From Patescibacteria group bacterium (GTDB lineage Bacteria > Patescibacteriota > JABMPQ01 > JAQVVF01), in NCBI GenBank assembly GCA_041662665.1, contig JBAZSC010000003.1:4603-68602 (forward strand): DNA of 64,000 bases, read 5' to 3'. The notes under the pieces are model-generated. The model worked only from the letters and a program-made list of their open reading frames with translations, was not told the origin of the DNA and did no database searches. The translations under genes and the position numbers were made by a program. Of this stretch, positions 20,674 through 31,031 are shown piece by piece; within the stretch, counting starts at the first letter, position 1; each line of letters starts with the position of its first letter.

Positions 20674-21333
20674 ATGCAAAAACAATTATTGATATTATTT
20701 ATGGGACCATCTGGTTCTGGAAAAGGCACTCAAGCAAAAATGATTAGCAATGAATTTGGCTTTAATTATATTGAGATGGGCGGAATTTTGCGTTCAGAAG
20801 TAAAAAAACAGACTGATTTAGGCAAGGAAATTGATATAATTATTCATAAAGAAGGAAAATTGGTGCCTGATTTGATGGTTAAAGAGCTGATTAAAAAAGT
20901 ATTAATAGAAAATGATCATGAAAAAACGATTGTTTTAGATGGCTATCCAAGAACGAGCCAGCAAGTTTTTGATTTAGACGAAATTTTAAAAGCAATGGAT
21001 TTAAATAAAGAAATTGTTGTTTTTAATATTAAAATTTCTGATGAAGAGGCAATGAAAAGATTAACTCAAAGAAGGATTTGTGTAGGTTGTAAAAATGTTT
21101 TGCCTGCTGATTCAAAGGATTTAAATTGTCCAAAATGTGGTGGTAAATTAGAACATCGCAGCGATGATAATCCAGAAAAAATTCAAGAGAGATTAAAATG
21201 GGCTCATGAAAAAGTGGAGCCAGCAATTTTGGAATATAAGAAACGTGGAGTTTTGGAGGAAATTAATGGTGAGCGACCAATTGAGATTGTACATAAGGAT
21301 ATTGTTGGAAGGCTTAAAAATATATTATCATAG
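20674..21333 (+). CDS. adk: Adenylate kinase with a zinc-binding LID
   Basis: P-loop GPSGSGKGTQ and LID CVGC...CPKC. Confidence 0.94.
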   Translation: MQKQLLILFMGPSGSGKGTQAKMISNEFGFNYIEMGGILRSEVKKQTDLGKEIDIIIHKEGKLVPDLMVKELIKKVLIENDHEKTIVLDGYPRTSQQVFDLDEILKAMDLNKEIVVFNIKISDEEAMKRLTQRRICVGCKNVLPADSKDLNCPKCGGKLEHRSDDNPEKIQERLKWAHEKVEPAILEYKKRGVLEEINGERPIEIVHKDIVGRLKNILS

Positions 21334-21371
21334 TTTTTAAAGTTATAAAGTTATAAAGTTTTTAAAGTACT

Positions 21372-22127
21372 ATGTCTAAAATCATTATAAAGACAGACGA
21401 AGAAATTGAAATAATTCATGAAGGTGGAAGAAAGCTGGCTCGAATTATGGAAATTTTGAAAGATGAAATATCAAGACCTGGATATCTTACAAAAGGATTG
21501 GATGCTAGAATAAATTTGCTGTGCGAAAAATTTGGCGCTAAACCTGCTTTTATGGGATATCGAGGTTATCCGGCAACTGTTTGTCTGTCTTTGAATGATG
21601 AAATTGTACATTGTCCTCCTGGCGACAGAATAATTAAAGAAGGAGATTTGGTTAGTTTAGATTTTGGGTTGAGATATAAGAATTTATATACTGATAGCGC
21701 AATTAGTTTTGGTGTTGGAAAGATGACGCCTTTGGCTGAAAAATTAATTAAAGTTACTGAAGCTTCATTATATAAAGGTATTGATCAAGTGCGTCCTGAT
21801 GGGCATATCGGAGATATTGGACAAGCAGTTTCGCGATATGCTGAAGCTAATGGATTTTCCGTTGTGCGTGATTTGACTGGTCATGGTGTAGGAAAGGAAG
21901 TTCATGAGCCTCCACAAATTTTAAATTATGGCAGAGAAGGTGTAGGACCAATTATGAAAAAAGGAATGGTTTTGGCAATTGAACCTATGGTCAATGTCGG
22001 TGATTGGAGAATAAAGCAAGGTGTTAATGGCTGGTCAATTATGACTGCTGATGGAGAGTTGTCAGCGCACTTTGAACATACTGTTGCTGTTACTGAGGAT
22101 GGATATGAGATTTTAACTCAGCAATAA
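21372..22127 (+). CDS. map: Methionine aminopeptidase type I
   Basis: 251 aa; metal ligands in conserved contexts (DFG..., HGVG, EPMV). Confidence 0.93.
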   Translation: MSKIIIKTDEEIEIIHEGGRKLARIMEILKDEISRPGYLTKGLDARINLLCEKFGAKPAFMGYRGYPATVCLSLNDEIVHCPPGDRIIKEGDLVSLDFGLRYKNLYTDSAISFGVGKMTPLAEKLIKVTEASLYKGIDQVRPDGHIGDIGQAVSRYAEANGFSVVRDLTGHGVGKEVHEPPQILNYGREGVGPIMKKGMVLAIEPMVNVGDWRIKQGVNGWSIMTADGELSAHFEHTVAVTEDGYEILTQQ

Positions 22128-22260
22128 TTTTCAATTTCTAATTTCTAATTTTTATTAAATTATTAATGAATTAATTTCTAAACATCGACGATAAAAATAG
22201 GTTTGAAAATTAATGCATTAGAAATTCAATAGAAATTAGAAATTTAAAATTAGAAATTTT
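22128..22260. repeat. Palindromic intergenic element, family A (aatttctaatttctaat ... attagaaattagaaatt arms)
   Basis: Inverted terminal arms around an AT-rich core. Homologous copies at 955-1078 and 55341-55509. Confidence 0.65.
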
Positions 22261-22264
22261 AAGC

Positions 22265-22645
22265 ATGAATATTCTAGCAATAGATTTTGGCAGTAAACAC
22301 ATTGGTTTAGCAAAAGGTGATGATCAAAACAAAATAGCTTTGCCTTTTTTAAGTTTGGAAAATAATGGTTTAAATAAATTAATTAACGATTTAAAAGAAA
22401 TTGTTAAAAATGAAAATATAGAGGAGATTGTTGTTGGATTGCCATTAAATATGTCAGGACAAAAAACAGATCAAACTAAAAAGACTGAGTATTTTGCAGA
22501 AAGATTAGGTAAAGAAATTAATATCAAAATTATTCTTGAAGATGAAAGATTGACATCTTTTGGGGCTAAAAAATTAGGTAGTGATGTTGATGAGCATCAA
22601 TTGGCTGCAAGAGAGATTTTACAAGGATATTTGGATAAGAATTAG
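22265..22645 (+). CDS. ruvX: Holliday-junction resolvase-like protein YqgF/RuvX
   Basis: MNILAIDFGSKHIGLAKGD...VVGLPLNMSGQ... RuvX/YqgF pattern. Confidence 0.85.
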   Translation: MNILAIDFGSKHIGLAKGDDQNKIALPFLSLENNGLNKLINDLKEIVKNENIEEIVVGLPLNMSGQKTDQTKKTEYFAERLGKEINIKIILEDERLTSFGAKKLGSDVDEHQLAAREILQGYLDKN

Positions 22646-22649
22646 TTTT

Positions 22650-22717
22650 TTGTGGATAATATTTTATTCTAGACATGGTATACTTAGGTTATCTAAAGAT
22701 AGGATAATAAAACAAAA
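22650..22717 (+). promoter_or_regulatory. Conserved upstream region shared with the paralogous surface-protein gene at 45442
   Basis: ttttgtggataatattttattctagacatggtatacttaggttatctaaa is about 90% identical to 45372-45422; contains a TATACT -10-like hexamer. Confidence 0.55.
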
Positions 22718-25708
22718 ATGTTTTCGAAACGAGCAGGAAAAAATCAAGATCGAATTCTTGAAAAAGTAGGTTTTTTTAGTATTTCAAAATGCAAGATTCT
22801 TTTGAGTCTTTTTTTTGTTTTGGGAGTTTGTTTGTTTATGACGGTAAGGGTAAATGCCGCTTCGACTACATATTATGTTGATGCAACAGGTGGATTAGAT
22901 ACAAATAATGGGACTTCAGTTAGTACACCATGGAAGACAATAACTAAAGTAAATACTTCAATGGATTCTGCCACAATAAAAGCTGGTGATTTTGTTTATT
23001 TTAAACGAGGCGAAACTTTTACAGGATATTTAGATGTTGATGTTACTGGGACTGCTGGAAATATTTTGACTTTTGGCGCTTATGGAGATGGAAATAAGCC
23101 AATTATTAATGCAACTGGTAATAATCGTGCTATTGATGCAAGAACCAATATGTCTTATATAACTTACCAAGATTTAACTGTACAGAATGGAACCACCGAT
23201 CAATTTTTTATCTATGATAGTGCTACAAATATTACTATCAATAATGTAACTATTTCTGGCGGAGCTACAGGTATAAATATTATTACTGGTACTTTTGCTG
23301 ATATCTCTATTACTTCTACTGAAATATCGAATTATACCGGAACAGGAATAGCATTATATAGTGTAACTGGCGGCGGAACAAATATTACCATTGATGGAGT
23401 AACTGAAAATTCAGGTACTGGAACAAGAGGAATCTACATTAGCGCAGGAACATGGAATGGCATTGACATCCTAAATTCAGTATTCAGCAACCATAGTGCA
23501 CAAGGCATACAAACCGCATCATCAGTTGTAAATGATCTGACGATAACTGATGTTACTGCTTCAAGTAATAACGGATATGGTGTGTACTTGGGAGGGAGTG
23601 GTTCAAATTATGATATACATGGTTTGACTGCCAACTCCAATGGCTCTACTGCAGACTATGACGGATTATATCTAAATACTTCATCCAGTTCTTTAAGTAA
23701 TATTACTATTGAAGAAAGCGAATTTAACAGCAATGATGGAAATGGATTAGCATTCGCCAGTACCGGAAGCACTAGCTCCGTTTTATCTACAAACGCTTCA
23801 AGCAATGATGGTGATGGATTTAATATTCATAATGCTTGGACTGATTTAACATTTAATAATTGTATTGCAAATTCTAATGGCCTAGTCGGCCAGTCAGGCG
23901 CAGGCGATGGTTTTTCTTTTCACGAAACAAGTACTGGTACTATTAGAAATAGTATTGCTCAAGATAATATGAAATCATCAGTTGCAAATGTAGGAAGTGC
24001 TCAGGTTGTAATGTATAATAATCTTTTTTCTCATACAACTAATGGTACTCTTGCTCTTGTTTATTTGTCAGAAACAGGAACATATTCGCTATATAATAAT
24101 ACTATTTATAGTGCAGGGCATATAGGGTCTGGTCTGAACGTTGTTGGACCGACTCTAGATGTAAAAAATAACATAATTTATGGTTTCGATATTGGGTTTC
24201 AGAAAACTTCTGGTACTATTACTGAGGATTATAACGATGTATATGGCGCAACTACAGCCAATTTCAGTGGTCTTACTCCAGGCACTCATTCTCTTCAGCT
24301 TGATCCAAAATTAAATAATCCGCCAACTGATTTTTCTCTTCAGTCAGATTCTCCTGCAATTGATTCTGCCTACGATACAAGTATCACCACAGATTATGCC
24401 GGCAAGCAAAGATACGATGATCCAGACGTAGCAAACACCGGAGCAGGAGCAGTACCATATTATGATATGGGAGCTTATGAATATGTTCTTCCACCAGATC
24501 CAATATTTACATCATCATCTCATCCATCGCAATCATCTTGGTATTCAAATACAACAGTCAATATGTCATTGTCATCTAATGGATCTTCAACTACTAATTA
24601 CTATTATCTTGTCAATCAAAATGCAACACCAACTAAAGCAGAAGTCTTAGCTGGTACATTTGATGCTGACGGTATTTTTACAGTAACAATTTCATCTGAT
24701 GGTCAATGGTATATTCATACCATAGCTGTTAATTTAGATAATGATCCGTCAACAAACTACAGCAGCTATTTAGTCCAAATTGACACAGTACCTCCATCAA
24801 TTCCAGGTACTCCTTCAACATCTTCGTTAACAAACAACAACAAGCCAGAATGGACATGGACAGCATCAACAGATGCAACTTCAGGACTAGGTGATCCAGC
24901 TTACAATGTACAATGGTGTGATAATTCAAGCTTTATTGGTTGTGATTTAAATATCTCAACTTCAACAACAAATTCTTTTACTCATTCAATTGCTTTGGCT
25001 GATGGCACTTGGTATTTCAGAGTTCAAGCTATTGATAAAGCTGGAAATACTTCTGATTGGTCAGCTTCAGGTACTGATACAATTTTGACAGTTATTCCTT
25101 TTAACGAAAAAATTAATCTTAAAGATGCAGTTTTAAATCAAACCTATCAAAGCCAACAAAACAATGTAGATCTTCTTTTTTATCTTCTGCCAAAACAGAA
25201 AACAATCAAAGATTTATACATCAAATTAATTAGAAACAAGAAAAAACATCTAAATGGTTTCACAAAGAAAAACAGCTATCCAGGATATCTCAAGCTATTA
25301 TCAAACATCGGCACAGTCAAAAAAGCCTATCAGAAAAATGTTAACAAACATATTAATTTCAGAGTTTCAGTAAGATATTCAAAAACAAAATTAAACAAGA
25401 CGAATATTAAAGAAAAGAATCTAAGACTATTTATTAAAGATCGAGATGGAATATGGCGAGGGCCATACCGAATTTATCAAAACAAAACAACTCATACTCT
25501 AAAATTTAAGATTAGAAACTATTTAGTTAGACAGCCGAAAAACCCAATTCCAAATCCTTTAGATGTTAAGACTAAAAACAGACCATTTGCTCCAACATTT
25601 TACTTTAGAACATTAAAAAAGATTAAATTCGTAATTGCTGAGAAGAATGCCTTATCTAATTTAACTAATTTGGAAACATCGGATAGCCAAGATTTCTTTT
25701 TTGAATAA
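22718..25708 (+). CDS. Large secreted surface protein: leader, right-handed parallel beta-helix region, Ig/Fn3-like region, conserved basic C-terminal domain (~200 aa)
   Basis: 996 aa with a hydrophobic leader FFSISKCKILLSLFFVLGVCLF. Repeated N..T/G-rich beta-helix rungs (pectate-lyase-like). C-terminal 200 aa about 95% identical to the C-terminus of the 45442 gene. Confidence 0.8.
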   Translation: MFSKRAGKNQDRILEKVGFFSISKCKILLSLFFVLGVCLFMTVRVNAASTTYYVDATGGLDTNNGTSVSTPWKTITKVNTSMDSATIKAGDFVYFKRGETFTGYLDVDVTGTAGNILTFGAYGDGNKPIINATGNNRAIDARTNMSYITYQDLTVQNGTTDQFFIYDSATNITINNVTISGGATGINIITGTFADISITSTEISNYTGTGIALYSVTGGGTNITIDGVTENSGTGTRGIYISAGTWNGIDILNSVFSNHSAQGIQTASSVVNDLTITDVTASSNNGYGVYLGGSGSNYDIHGLTANSNGSTADYDGLYLNTSSSSLSNITIEESEFNSNDGNGLAFASTGSTSSVLSTNASSNDGDGFNIHNAWTDLTFNNCIANSNGLVGQSGAGDGFSFHETSTGTIRNSIAQDNMKSSVANVGSAQVVMYNNLFSHTTNGTLALVYLSETGTYSLYNNTIYSAGHIGSGLNVVGPTLDVKNNIIYGFDIGFQKTSGTITEDYNDVYGATTANFSGLTPGTHSLQLDPKLNNPPTDFSLQSDSPAIDSAYDTSITTDYAGKQRYDDPDVANTGAGAVPYYDMGAYEYVLPPDPIFTSSSHPSQSSWYSNTTVNMSLSSNGSSTTNYYYLVNQNATPTKAEVLAGTFDADGIFTVTISSDGQWYIHTIAVNLDNDPSTNYSSYLVQIDTVPPSIPGTPSTSSLTNNNKPEWTWTASTDATSGLGDPAYNVQWCDNSSFIGCDLNISTSTTNSFTHSIALADGTWYFRVQAIDKAGNTSDWSASGTDTILTVIPFNEKINLKDAVLNQTYQSQQNNVDLLFYLLPKQKTIKDLYIKLIRNKKKHLNGFTKKNSYPGYLKLLSNIGTVKKAYQKNVNKHINFRVSVRYSKTKLNKTNIKEKNLRLFIKDRDGIWRGPYRIYQNKTTHTLKFKIRNYLVRQPKNPIPNPLDVKTKNRPFAPTFYFRTLKKIKFVIAEKNALSNLTNLETSDSQDFFFE

Positions 25709-25728
25709 TAATTATATTAACAAAGCCC

Positions 25729-25768
25729 CTCTTGTATTTATTTGGGGCTTTTTGTTTTTTTGATAAAA
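25729..25768 (+). terminator. Rho-independent terminator
   Basis: aaagcccctcttgtatttatttggggcttttt plus a T run. Confidence 0.6.
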
Positions 25769-25886
25769 GTTTGTTATAATATGGCGTAGAAGCGGATTAA
25801 ACGCTGATACTAACGCTGATTCGAACGCTGAAATGAGAATTTGAGATGTAGATCTTTAATTGTTGATAATTTTTATATTTTTTTTA

Positions 25887-26624
25887 ATGATCATGAAACT
25901 TTCAGTAGTAATTCCGGCATACAATGAAGAAAAAAGAATAACAAAAACTTTAGAATCAGTTAATGAATATCTGACAAAACAGGATTTTGATTATGAGATT
26001 TTAGTTGTTGCTAATAATTGTACAGATAATACTGATAAAGTTGTTTTGGATTTGAAAAATAAAATCAAAAATTTAGAATTAATGGATATAGGCGCTGGAA
26101 TACCTGGGAAAGGTGGAGCAGTAAAAGTTGGTTTTTTGAAGGCACAAGGCGAGTACATTATGTTTATGGATGCGGATAATGCAACAAAAATTAATGAATT
26201 AGATCATTTTTGGAATTATTTTGATGAAGGTTATGATATTGTAATTGGTTCGCGTGATACTAAAGGATCAAAAGTTGTTGTTTCTCAAGCTTGGTACAAA
26301 GAATTAGCTGGAAAAATAGGTAATTTATTAATTCAAATTGTGGCCTTACCTGGAATTCATGATACTCAATGTGGATTTAAAATTTTTAAACAAAAAGTTG
26401 TAAAAGACGTTTTTCCAATACAAAAATTAGGTGGATGGGGATTTGATATTGAAATTTTAGCTTTAGCAAAGAAATTTGGTTATAAAATAAAAGAAGAACC
26501 TATTACTTGGTTTAATGCTGTTGGTAGTAAAGTAAGTATGGGTGATTATCTACATGTTTTTTCTGATTTATTTAAAGTTAGGTGGTGGTTGTGGACTGGA
26601 GTTTATAAAGTTAAAAAGTTATAA
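25887..26624 (+). CDS. Family 2 glycosyltransferase, polyprenyl-phosphate sugar synthase-like (DPM1/GtrB/ArnC type)
   Basis: VVIPAYNEE N-terminus, DAD motif (FMDADN), and QCGFK near the C-terminus, as in GT2 Dpm1-like enzymes. Confidence 0.85.
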   Translation: MIMKLSVVIPAYNEEKRITKTLESVNEYLTKQDFDYEILVVANNCTDNTDKVVLDLKNKIKNLELMDIGAGIPGKGGAVKVGFLKAQGEYIMFMDADNATKINELDHFWNYFDEGYDIVIGSRDTKGSKVVVSQAWYKELAGKIGNLLIQIVALPGIHDTQCGFKIFKQKVVKDVFPIQKLGGWGFDIEILALAKKFGYKIKEEPITWFNAVGSKVSMGDYLHVFSDLFKVRWWLWTGVYKVKKL

Positions 26625-26642
26625 AGTTCATAAAGTATTGCT

Positions 26643-27107
26643 ATGTTTCAAAGTTTTTCGCTGATGATTAAGGCGATTCTTATATCAATAGTTGGTGATA
26701 TTAAGATCGTTGTTCCTTTTTTTGCAGCACAAGGACAAATAGCTTGGTGGCAAGTATTATTCGCTTCTGTACTTGGTAATTCTATTTCTGCGATATTTTT
26801 GTTGACATTATTAGTTTTGCTGTCTGATTTTTTGAGACGTAAATTTTCTTTTTGGGATAAATTCTTTACAAACCTTTTTGAAAAAACAAAATTAAAACAT
26901 AAGAAAAATTTTGAAAAATGGGGCGTGTTAGCAGTTCTTTTAGCTGCAGCAATTCCTTTGCCTGGTTTTGGTGGATGGACTGCTGCTATTGTTTCATTTG
27001 TTTTTGGAATTAAATTTAAAAAAGCGGTATTGTTTATTATTTTAGGAATATTTTTGGAAGCTGTTATTATGACTCTTTTGAGTTTTGGGATTAAGAATAT
27101 ATTCTAG
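26643..27107 (+). CDS. Small 4-TM membrane protein, possibly of the small multidrug export-like (COG2426) family
   Basis: IPLPGFGGWTAAIVSFVFGIKFKKA resembles the P.PGTG.WTG motif of that family. Adjacent to the GT2 gene. Confidence 0.4.
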   Translation: MFQSFSLMIKAILISIVGDIKIVVPFFAAQGQIAWWQVLFASVLGNSISAIFLLTLLVLLSDFLRRKFSFWDKFFTNLFEKTKLKHKKNFEKWGVLAVLLAAAIPLPGFGGWTAAIVSFVFGIKFKKAVLFIILGIFLEAVIMTLLSFGIKNIF

Positions 27108-27225
27108 GTTTTGTGTGTTTAGATGTTTGTTAAGTTTAATTAGATTTTATTGTTTTAATAAGTTTTAACGCGGAAAAACGCAGAACTTAACGCGGAAAAT
27201 GCGGAATCGTAATAAATAATAATAT

Positions 27226-27987
27226 ATGCGAAATAAATTAATAGTTGGTAATTGGAAAATGAATTTGACTTTGGAGGAAGCTCGAAGGCTGACTTTGGAT
27301 ATTCGTCAAGGATTAACAAATTTGAGCGAAAAAGTTGAAGTTGCAGTTTGTCCATCATTTGTTCATTTAGCTAACGTTCATTATCAATTGCCATCAAGTA
27401 TAAAATTAGGATCGCAAAATGTTTTTTGGAAAAGTAATGGAGCATATACTGGCGAGATTTCTTGCGATCAACTTTTAGATTTGGGTTGTTCATATGTTAT
27501 TGTTGGTCATTCTGAAAGAAGAAAAAATTTAAGAGAAACTGATGATATGGTTAATGACAAAGTTTTAGAATGCATGCAAAAAGGATTAAAACCAATTATT
27601 TGTGTTGGTGAAACAAATGACGAAAAAGAAAAAAATATGACAGAAGAAAAAGTGACTCAACAAGTTGAATTAGCATTAGAAGGTGTGAAAAGCAAAGATG
27701 TTATAAATATTACAATTGCATATGAACCGATTTGGGCGATTGGTAATTCTAATCCAGCAGAGCCATCTGATGCACAAGCTGTAATTTCAAGAATAAGAGA
27801 TATCTTGAAAAATAATTATTCAGAAAAAGAATCAGAAATGATAAAAATTTTGTATGGAGGAAGTGTGAATCCACAAAATATTGCATCTTTTGTTTTGGAA
27901 AAAGATATTGATGGTGCTTTGGTTGGAGGAGCAAGTATCAAAGCAAATGAATTTGTGGGTATAGTCAAGCAAGTTTTAAAAATATAA
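27226..27987 (+). CDS. tpiA: Triosephosphate isomerase
   Basis: LIVGNWKMN, HSERR, AYEPIWAIG, GGSV motifs. Confidence 0.94.
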   Translation: MRNKLIVGNWKMNLTLEEARRLTLDIRQGLTNLSEKVEVAVCPSFVHLANVHYQLPSSIKLGSQNVFWKSNGAYTGEISCDQLLDLGCSYVIVGHSERRKNLRETDDMVNDKVLECMQKGLKPIICVGETNDEKEKNMTEEKVTQQVELALEGVKSKDVINITIAYEPIWAIGNSNPAEPSDAQAVISRIRDILKNNYSEKESEMIKILYGGSVNPQNIASFVLEKDIDGALVGGASIKANEFVGIVKQVLKI

Positions 27988-27998
27988 TAACTAATAAC

Positions 27999-28108
27999 CA
28001 AATCCCAAATTCCAAACAAATCCCAAATTACAAATTACAAAAATGACGATAGCTTGTAATTTGTGTTTTGTGGATTGTAATTTGTTTGGAATTTGGAGTT
28101 TGTAATTT
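27999..28108. repeat. Palindromic intergenic element, family B (caaatcccaaattccaaacaaat...acaaattacaaa / ttgtaatttgt...tttggaatttgg)
   Basis: Long imperfect inverted repeat between tpiA and fba. Copies at 38306-38428 and 59791-59900. Confidence 0.65.
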
Positions 28109-28110
28109 TT

Positions 28111-28950
28111 ATGTTAATTTCATCTCAGATCTTATTAAAAAAAGCCCAACAAGAGCATTATGCTGTTGGTGCTTTTAATACTTCAGATTTAGAAATTACA
28201 AAAGGAATTGTGAGCGCTTCTGAAGAGATGAATTCGCCAATTATTTTACAAACTTCTGAGGGAGAAATTGTGCATTCTGGCAAAGATATTTTTTTTAATG
28301 CAATGAAAATTTTTGCAGAAAAATCTAAAACTCCAATTAATTTAAATTTAGATCATGGAAAAAGTTTTGAAATGTGCAAATGGGCAGTTGATATTGGCTA
28401 TAATTCTGTAATGATTGATGGTTCAAAATTATCTTTAGACGAAAATATTAAATTAACAAAACAAGTAGTCGATTATGCTCATGAAAGAAGCGTTGTTGTT
28501 GAAGGCGAAATTGGTCTTGTGCCAACACCTGATAAAGGCGAAGAAGTAAAAATCTTAAAAGCTGATCCAAATGAATGTAAAAAATTTGTTGAAGAAACTG
28601 GTTTGGATTTTTTGGCTGTTGGGATTGGCAACGTGCATGGTGAGAACAAAGGAAAGCCAATTTTGGATTTTGAAAGATTAAGTGAAATTTGTAAAGTTGT
28701 TAGTATTCCTTTGGTTTTACATGGTGGTTCAGGAATTTCTGATTTGGATATTAAAAAAGCAATAAGTATGGGAATTTGTAAAATTAATGTTAATACTGAA
28801 CTCCGGCAAGCATTTGTAAAATCTTTGCGTGAATCTTTGGAAGATGAGGACGTGATCAAGCCTTATGATATTATGGAGCCAGTGGAAGATGTGATCAAAA
28901 AGGTTGTTGAGAAGAAGATCGAGATTTTTGGATCTAAAAATAAGATATAA
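28111..28950 (+). CDS. fba: Class II fructose-bisphosphate aldolase
   Basis: LLKKAQQEHYAVGAFN..., LDHG, VEGEIG, LHGGSG class II aldolase motifs. Confidence 0.88.
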   Translation: MLISSQILLKKAQQEHYAVGAFNTSDLEITKGIVSASEEMNSPIILQTSEGEIVHSGKDIFFNAMKIFAEKSKTPINLNLDHGKSFEMCKWAVDIGYNSVMIDGSKLSLDENIKLTKQVVDYAHERSVVVEGEIGLVPTPDKGEEVKILKADPNECKKFVEETGLDFLAVGIGNVHGENKGKPILDFERLSEICKVVSIPLVLHGGSGISDLDIKKAISMGICKINVNTELRQAFVKSLRESLEDEDVIKPYDIMEPVEDVIKKVVEKKIEIFGSKNKI

Positions 28951-28971
28951 AATTGCTCAAATAAAGTTAGT

Positions 28972-29976
28972 ATGTCTAAAACAAAATTTTTAGAATTAAT
29001 CAATTTTTTACAAAAAAACCATAAAGTTTATGGGCCTGTTTTGGATCTGGCAAGCAGATTATTAGTTCGCGAAATAAAAAATCCAGAAGATTTGGTTTTG
29101 AATGGCAGATTGACGCATTATTCTTTTAAAAATTTCTTTTTACCAGCTTGTGAATCTTTGTTTGATTATGATCATCAAAAATTAAAAGAGACAAATTATA
29201 GTTATAAAAAACAAGCAATTGTTGGAATGACAATATCTGATTTAAAAGCATTAGAATTGTATGATCAGGTTTTTGCTAAAGATCCATATTATCAAGAAAG
29301 AAGAAGACAGACTCTGGTGATTGGATATGGTTTGGCGGGCGAAAAAAGTTATTCAGAAGAATTAATTTATGAACAAAAATTTGAGGAAGATATATTAGAA
29401 CATGTTAAATTTGATGTCTTTCTCGAATTAGAATCTAATACGACTAATAAAATCTCTAATGACTTTTGTCACGTTTTTGCTGGATCTGTTGAAGGACAGA
29501 AAGTTTTGGATGGTTTTGGATATAAAGATTATAAAAATATAAAATATGTTGGGCCTATTAAGGAGAACGGTTTAGATAAGACAATGGTCGCTGTTTTTAA
29601 CAAGATGAAAAAGGGTTATGCAAAAAAGATTTGGGAAGATATTGGAAAAAGATGTATAGAATGCGGACAATGCACTTTGGTTTGTCCGACTTGCTATTGT
29701 TTCAGAATTGATGACGAACCAAGTTTAGATAAAGGTAAAGGTAAAAGAATAAGATGTTGGGATGCATGCATGTATCATGAATTTTCAGAAATTTCTGGTA
29801 AGACTAGATTATTGAAAAATACTGAACAGAGAATGTGGTTTTGGTTTTATCATAAATTTGTGAGAATCCCATTCAAATATAAAATACCAGGATGCGTGAA
29901 ATGTGGGCGATGTTCAAGAGTTTGTCCGGTCGATATTGATTTTATGAAGGTTTTGCAGGATGTATTAAAGAGTTAA
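28972..29976 (+). CDS. [NiFe] hydrogenase group 3b-type (sulfhydrogenase-like) beta subunit, 4Fe-4S dicluster protein
   Basis: Two ferredoxin-type motifs CIECGQCTLVCP and CVKCGRCSRVCP. Sits upstream of the FAD/NAD and small/large subunit genes. Confidence 0.7.
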   Translation: MSKTKFLELINFLQKNHKVYGPVLDLASRLLVREIKNPEDLVLNGRLTHYSFKNFFLPACESLFDYDHQKLKETNYSYKKQAIVGMTISDLKALELYDQVFAKDPYYQERRRQTLVIGYGLAGEKSYSEELIYEQKFEEDILEHVKFDVFLELESNTTNKISNDFCHVFAGSVEGQKVLDGFGYKDYKNIKYVGPIKENGLDKTMVAVFNKMKKGYAKKIWEDIGKRCIECGQCTLVCPTCYCFRIDDEPSLDKGKGKRIRCWDACMYHEFSEISGKTRLLKNTEQRMWFWFYHKFVRIPFKYKIPGCVKCGRCSRVCPVDIDFMKVLQDVLKS

Positions 29977-30076
29977 TCGTTGATTTATAAAATGCTTGTA
30001 ACCACAAAGGCACAGAAAATTTTAAGACACAAAAAATGTTAAATTTATTTAGTGTCTTCGTAGATTTTGTGTTTTA

Positions 30077-30943
30077 GTGGTTGCAATGGTTATATCAATT
30101 ATGCTAAATTCGTATAAAACAAAACTTGTAATTATAAAAAGAGTAATTAAAGAATCTTCTGATGTAAAAAGATTTGTTTTAGAATTTGAAAATAAAGTCG
30201 ATCAAGAAAATTTTGATTTTATTCCAGGACAATTTATTAAAGTCTCAGTTCCTGGATTATGCGATGCGCCGTTTACTTTTGGAACAAGCCCAAAAAACAA
30301 AGAAAATTTTGAAATTGCTGTACGAGGAGTCGGAAATTTAACTAATTTTTTGAATCGAATGCAAGTTGGTCAGAAATTAGGAATTAGAGGGCCGTATGGG
30401 AATGGATTTCCAATGGATATAATTAAAAAAAGAAATGTTTTGATTGTTTCTGGAGGTTGCGGATTTGTGCCTTTTAAATCAATTATTGAAGATTATTTAA
30501 TAGATAAAAAAAATTATCAAAGTAAATTCCAGATTTTTTATGGAGCAAGATCTTTTGATGATTTATTATTTAGAGATGATTTTGAAAAATGGGAAAATAA
30601 TGAAATTGAATTGAAATTAATGGTTGACAAGGGAGGCGATGCGATGTGCAAGGATTCGAAGTATAAATGCAATGTTGGTTTAGTGACAGATTTGATTAAA
30701 AATGAAAAATTGGTAGAAAAGCCAGTCGTTTTAGTATGTGGTCCACCAATTATGGTTAAGTTTGTGGTTATGGAATTAGATAAATTATCTATTCCTCATT
30801 CTGATATTTTTGTTTCGTTAGAGCGAAGAATGGAATGCGGAGTTGGAATTTGCGAGCATTGTGCAATCGGTCCTTATTATGTTTGTAAAGATGGACCAGT
30901 GTTTAGTTGGGATAAAATTGAATGGATTCCGGGAGTCGTGTAA
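30077..30943 (+). CDS. Hydrogenase gamma-like subunit: FAD/NAD(P)-binding oxidoreductase with C-terminal 2Fe-2S site (PyrK/HydG-like)
   Basis: Flavin reductase-like fold, with a C-terminal Cys cluster ECGVGICEHCAIG as in PyrK-type electron transfer subunits. Confidence 0.72.
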   Translation: MVAMVISIMLNSYKTKLVIIKRVIKESSDVKRFVLEFENKVDQENFDFIPGQFIKVSVPGLCDAPFTFGTSPKNKENFEIAVRGVGNLTNFLNRMQVGQKLGIRGPYGNGFPMDIIKKRNVLIVSGGCGFVPFKSIIEDYLIDKKNYQSKFQIFYGARSFDDLLFRDDFEKWENNEIELKLMVDKGGDAMCKDSKYKCNVGLVTDLIKNEKLVEKPVVLVCGPPIMVKFVVMELDKLSIPHSDIFVSLERRMECGVGICEHCAIGPYYVCKDGPVFSWDKIEWIPGVV

Positions 30944-31031
30944 AATTAGTAAAATTTATAAAATTAATAAAGCGAGTAATATTTATAAATTCGAAAATTA
31001 AGAAATTGAATATTATTTTAAATTTTTTAGC

